Shown in pieces: positions 62,273 through 64,000 of a stretch of 64,000 nt of DNA (position 1 is the stretch's first letter; every line of letters begins with the position of its first letter). Both the position numbers and the translations under genes were made by a program. The stretch spans positions 2,790,001 to 2,854,000 of the forward strand of contig JAQOWU010000008.1 in NCBI GenBank assembly GCA_030867685.1, written 5' to 3'. A model generated the notes under the pieces. It did not search any database, was not told the DNA's origin, and saw only the letters and a program-made list of their open reading frames with translations. The DNA comes from Wickerhamiella versatilis. Lineage: Eukaryota.

Positions 62273-64000
62273 CTACTGCTGCCTTTCTCTAAATTTATAG
62301 GAGTCTCCGGTTATGTCCCAATAAATACATCTGCAGACATGGGCAATGGCAGCTCTCCCTTGCCAGACTGGAACAACGCCTACGAGAAATAGAGCACACC
62401 ATATCCATAAAATCTGAATGACAACCCACCCTGTGAAGAATGGCCGACTAAACACATAGCCACTGCCATACAATGGCATGGGGAATATGATGAGTAGCGA
62501 AAGAACCAGAATGGCACATATAACACGTGCAGCTACCACATATACATTTAAACGAGTCTTTTTATCAGCCCATTTATAGGATATTGATGAAGTGTTCTCT
62601 GTGATAACCTTTTCGTTATCCTTTTCAGGCGCTGTGCTGCTCGAAATTTCAGATATGTCAGAACTTTCAGCAATATGAAATTCTCGTAGTTGATCGAAGT
62701 TGTAATGAGCATGTCCAGTAAATACTTGGATTATGGGGATCCAAACTAATGGACTAAAGGTGCTAATGAGCATAGAGCCTAGACCAGCGTAGCTGGATCC
62801 CGTGGTAGCAACGGTAACAGCACCGTGTAAGCCATAAGCTATAGTAACCAGTGCAACGACGCCTGAAATACTACCCAGTATTGCAGAGATAATTGCAGAC
62901 CACTTTGTGAGACCACTCCAGAATAAGGTCAAAACTGCAGGAACAAATGCTCCGCCTGCAACTACTGCAATCAAATCGAAGAGCCAGCTTAAATTGACTC
63001 CAGCATAGTAAAGGCCAAGAGCAAATCCAACCATGGTAGACACAAATACGACAACACCTGCATGTGTCATGAAAATGAGCTGCTTTCCACTCGCGCGAGG
63101 GTTAATGTAAGGTTTGTACACATCATATACAAATACTGTACTCGCTGCTACCATCTCTGCAGAAGCAGCACTTGTAACTGACATCAGTACTAAAAGTAAG
63201 GCACAAGCTGCACCCCTTTCACCCATTAAAAGGGTTGCGGCTTTTGGAAGTACCAGGCCTGCGCTTACTTCTTCAGCGGACATTGGCTCGGATTCGAGAA
63301 CTCTAGCACTGAGACCCAGCACAGTTGCAAGTCCAAATGGACAACCGTACCATGCAATTCCACCCATTATATATCCTGGTATAACTGAAGAGGGAGCCGA
63401 AGCTAAGGATTTTTGCCAATAGCCCTGATCAAGACATATTGGTGTGATCGCACTCGACAATGCAAGAGCGAGAAACAATCCTCCTCCATGTGAGCTGATT
63501 GTCAGATAGGAGCCATTCTTGTTACCTTCAATGGGCTTAGTCTTCGCCAGTTCGACGAGAAGATCATACATACGACCAGGCGACCCGATTTGCGAATTCG
63601 TCGTATATGCATTGAATAAAAACACCAGAGCAATAGTCAAAATAACTATTGTATGGAGATAGTCTGTCAAAAAAGTCGATTTGAGTCCCCCGAAAAGAGT
63701 GTAGCAGGTAACGGGCAATATTATGAGGAAAGTAGCTGCAACAATATGCATACCAGTAAGATAATTTACGACAACTGATGCACCATTTAGTAGCTCTACA
63801 GTGACAAGCATATTTACAGCGATGGCAAAAAAAAGGAAAACTAGATGAGCAGACTTTCCAAATCTCACACGTATTAATTCCAGATAGGTGTGACACCCCG
63901 GTGCTTTTCGCTTTACCTCCATAGCCAGAACAGCAAATATGAAACATACCACGCCACATCCGCTGGCATAATACAGACCACCCGCAACTCCATAATTATA
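62273..64000 (-). CDS. DUR3: Urea/polyamine sodium:solute symporter, Dur3 family (5' end lies outside the window)
   Basis: Frame stays open to the window edge (YNYGVAGGLYYASG); KRKAP..HTYLE, YTLFGGLKSTFLTDYLHT, GNKNGSYLT, DQGYWQK, AGLVLP, VYDVYKPYINP, FFTGWV. Confidence 0.88.
   Translation of the reverse strand, partial: YNYGVAGGLYYASGCGVVCFIFAVLAMEVKRKAPGCHTYLELIRVRFGKSAHLVFLFFAIAVNMLVTVELLNGASVVVNYLTGMHIVAATFLIILPVTCYTLFGGLKSTFLTDYLHTIVILTIALVFLFNAYTTNSQIGSPGRMYDLLVELAKTKPIEGNKNGSYLTISSHGGGLFLALALSSAITPICLDQGYWQKSLASAPSSVIPGYIMGGIAWYGCPFGLATVLGLSARVLESEPMSAEEVSAGLVLPKAATLLMGERGAACALLLVLMSVTSAASAEMVAASTVFVYDVYKPYINPRASGKQLIFMTHAGVVVFVSTMVGFALGLYYAGVNLSWLFDLIAVVAGGAFVPAVLTLFWSGLTKWSAIISAILGSISGVVALVTIAYGLHGAVTVATTGSSYAGLGSMLISTFSPLVWIPIIQVFTGHAHYNFDQLREFHIAESSDISEISSSTAPEKDNEKVITENTSSISYKWADKKTRLNVYVVAARVICAILVLSLLIIFPMPLYGSGYVFSRPFFTGWVVIQILWIWCALFLVGVVPVWQGRAAIAHVCRCIYWDITGDSYKFRERQQ

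Noticed and set aside
62273-64000. Assigning the riboswitches to the SSS transporter as a DUR31 orthologue
   Set aside because: The aptamers are on the opposite strand and beyond its stop, and the protein motifs match the DUR3 urea-transporter subfamily

Overview
A gene-dense, essentially intron-free 64 kb segment of a budding-yeast (Saccharomycotina) nuclear chromosome with about 43 probable protein-coding genes, mostly conserved housekeeping genes (CLA4, MPH1, SEC3, ADE4, RPA135, PMR1, RPL3, CDC19, REV1 and others). Retention of eIF3m and a copper amine oxidase, plus very compact proteins and spacers, suggests an early-diverging lineage outside the Saccharomycetaceae, possibly Wickerhamiella/Starmerella-like (inference only). 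I found no tRNA, rRNA, transposon or CRISPR features. The stand-out signal is non-coding. Two tandem TPP (thiamine pyrophosphate) riboswitch aptamers with compensatory base changes lie at 61998-62183 (+), in the 3' UTR of an MCH-type MFS transporter. They sit directly after a perfect TACTAAC branch point and CAG acceptor that follow the stop codon. The P5/L5 segment shared by both aptamers is complementary to that branch point, suggesting a double-aptamer, 3'-end splicing switch. Other notable items are an 88-aa Mes1-like candidate APC/C inhibitor (KEN box, D box, MR tail), a stand-alone mini-paralogue of the Pin3/Lsb2 C-terminal tail, upstream in-frame mitochondrial-type presequences on cyclophilin and pyruvate kinase, a PET54-like gene head-to-head with PUF3, and three t6A/ct6A tRNA-modification genes within about 21 kb. 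All family assignments come from motif recognition by eye, not database searches.
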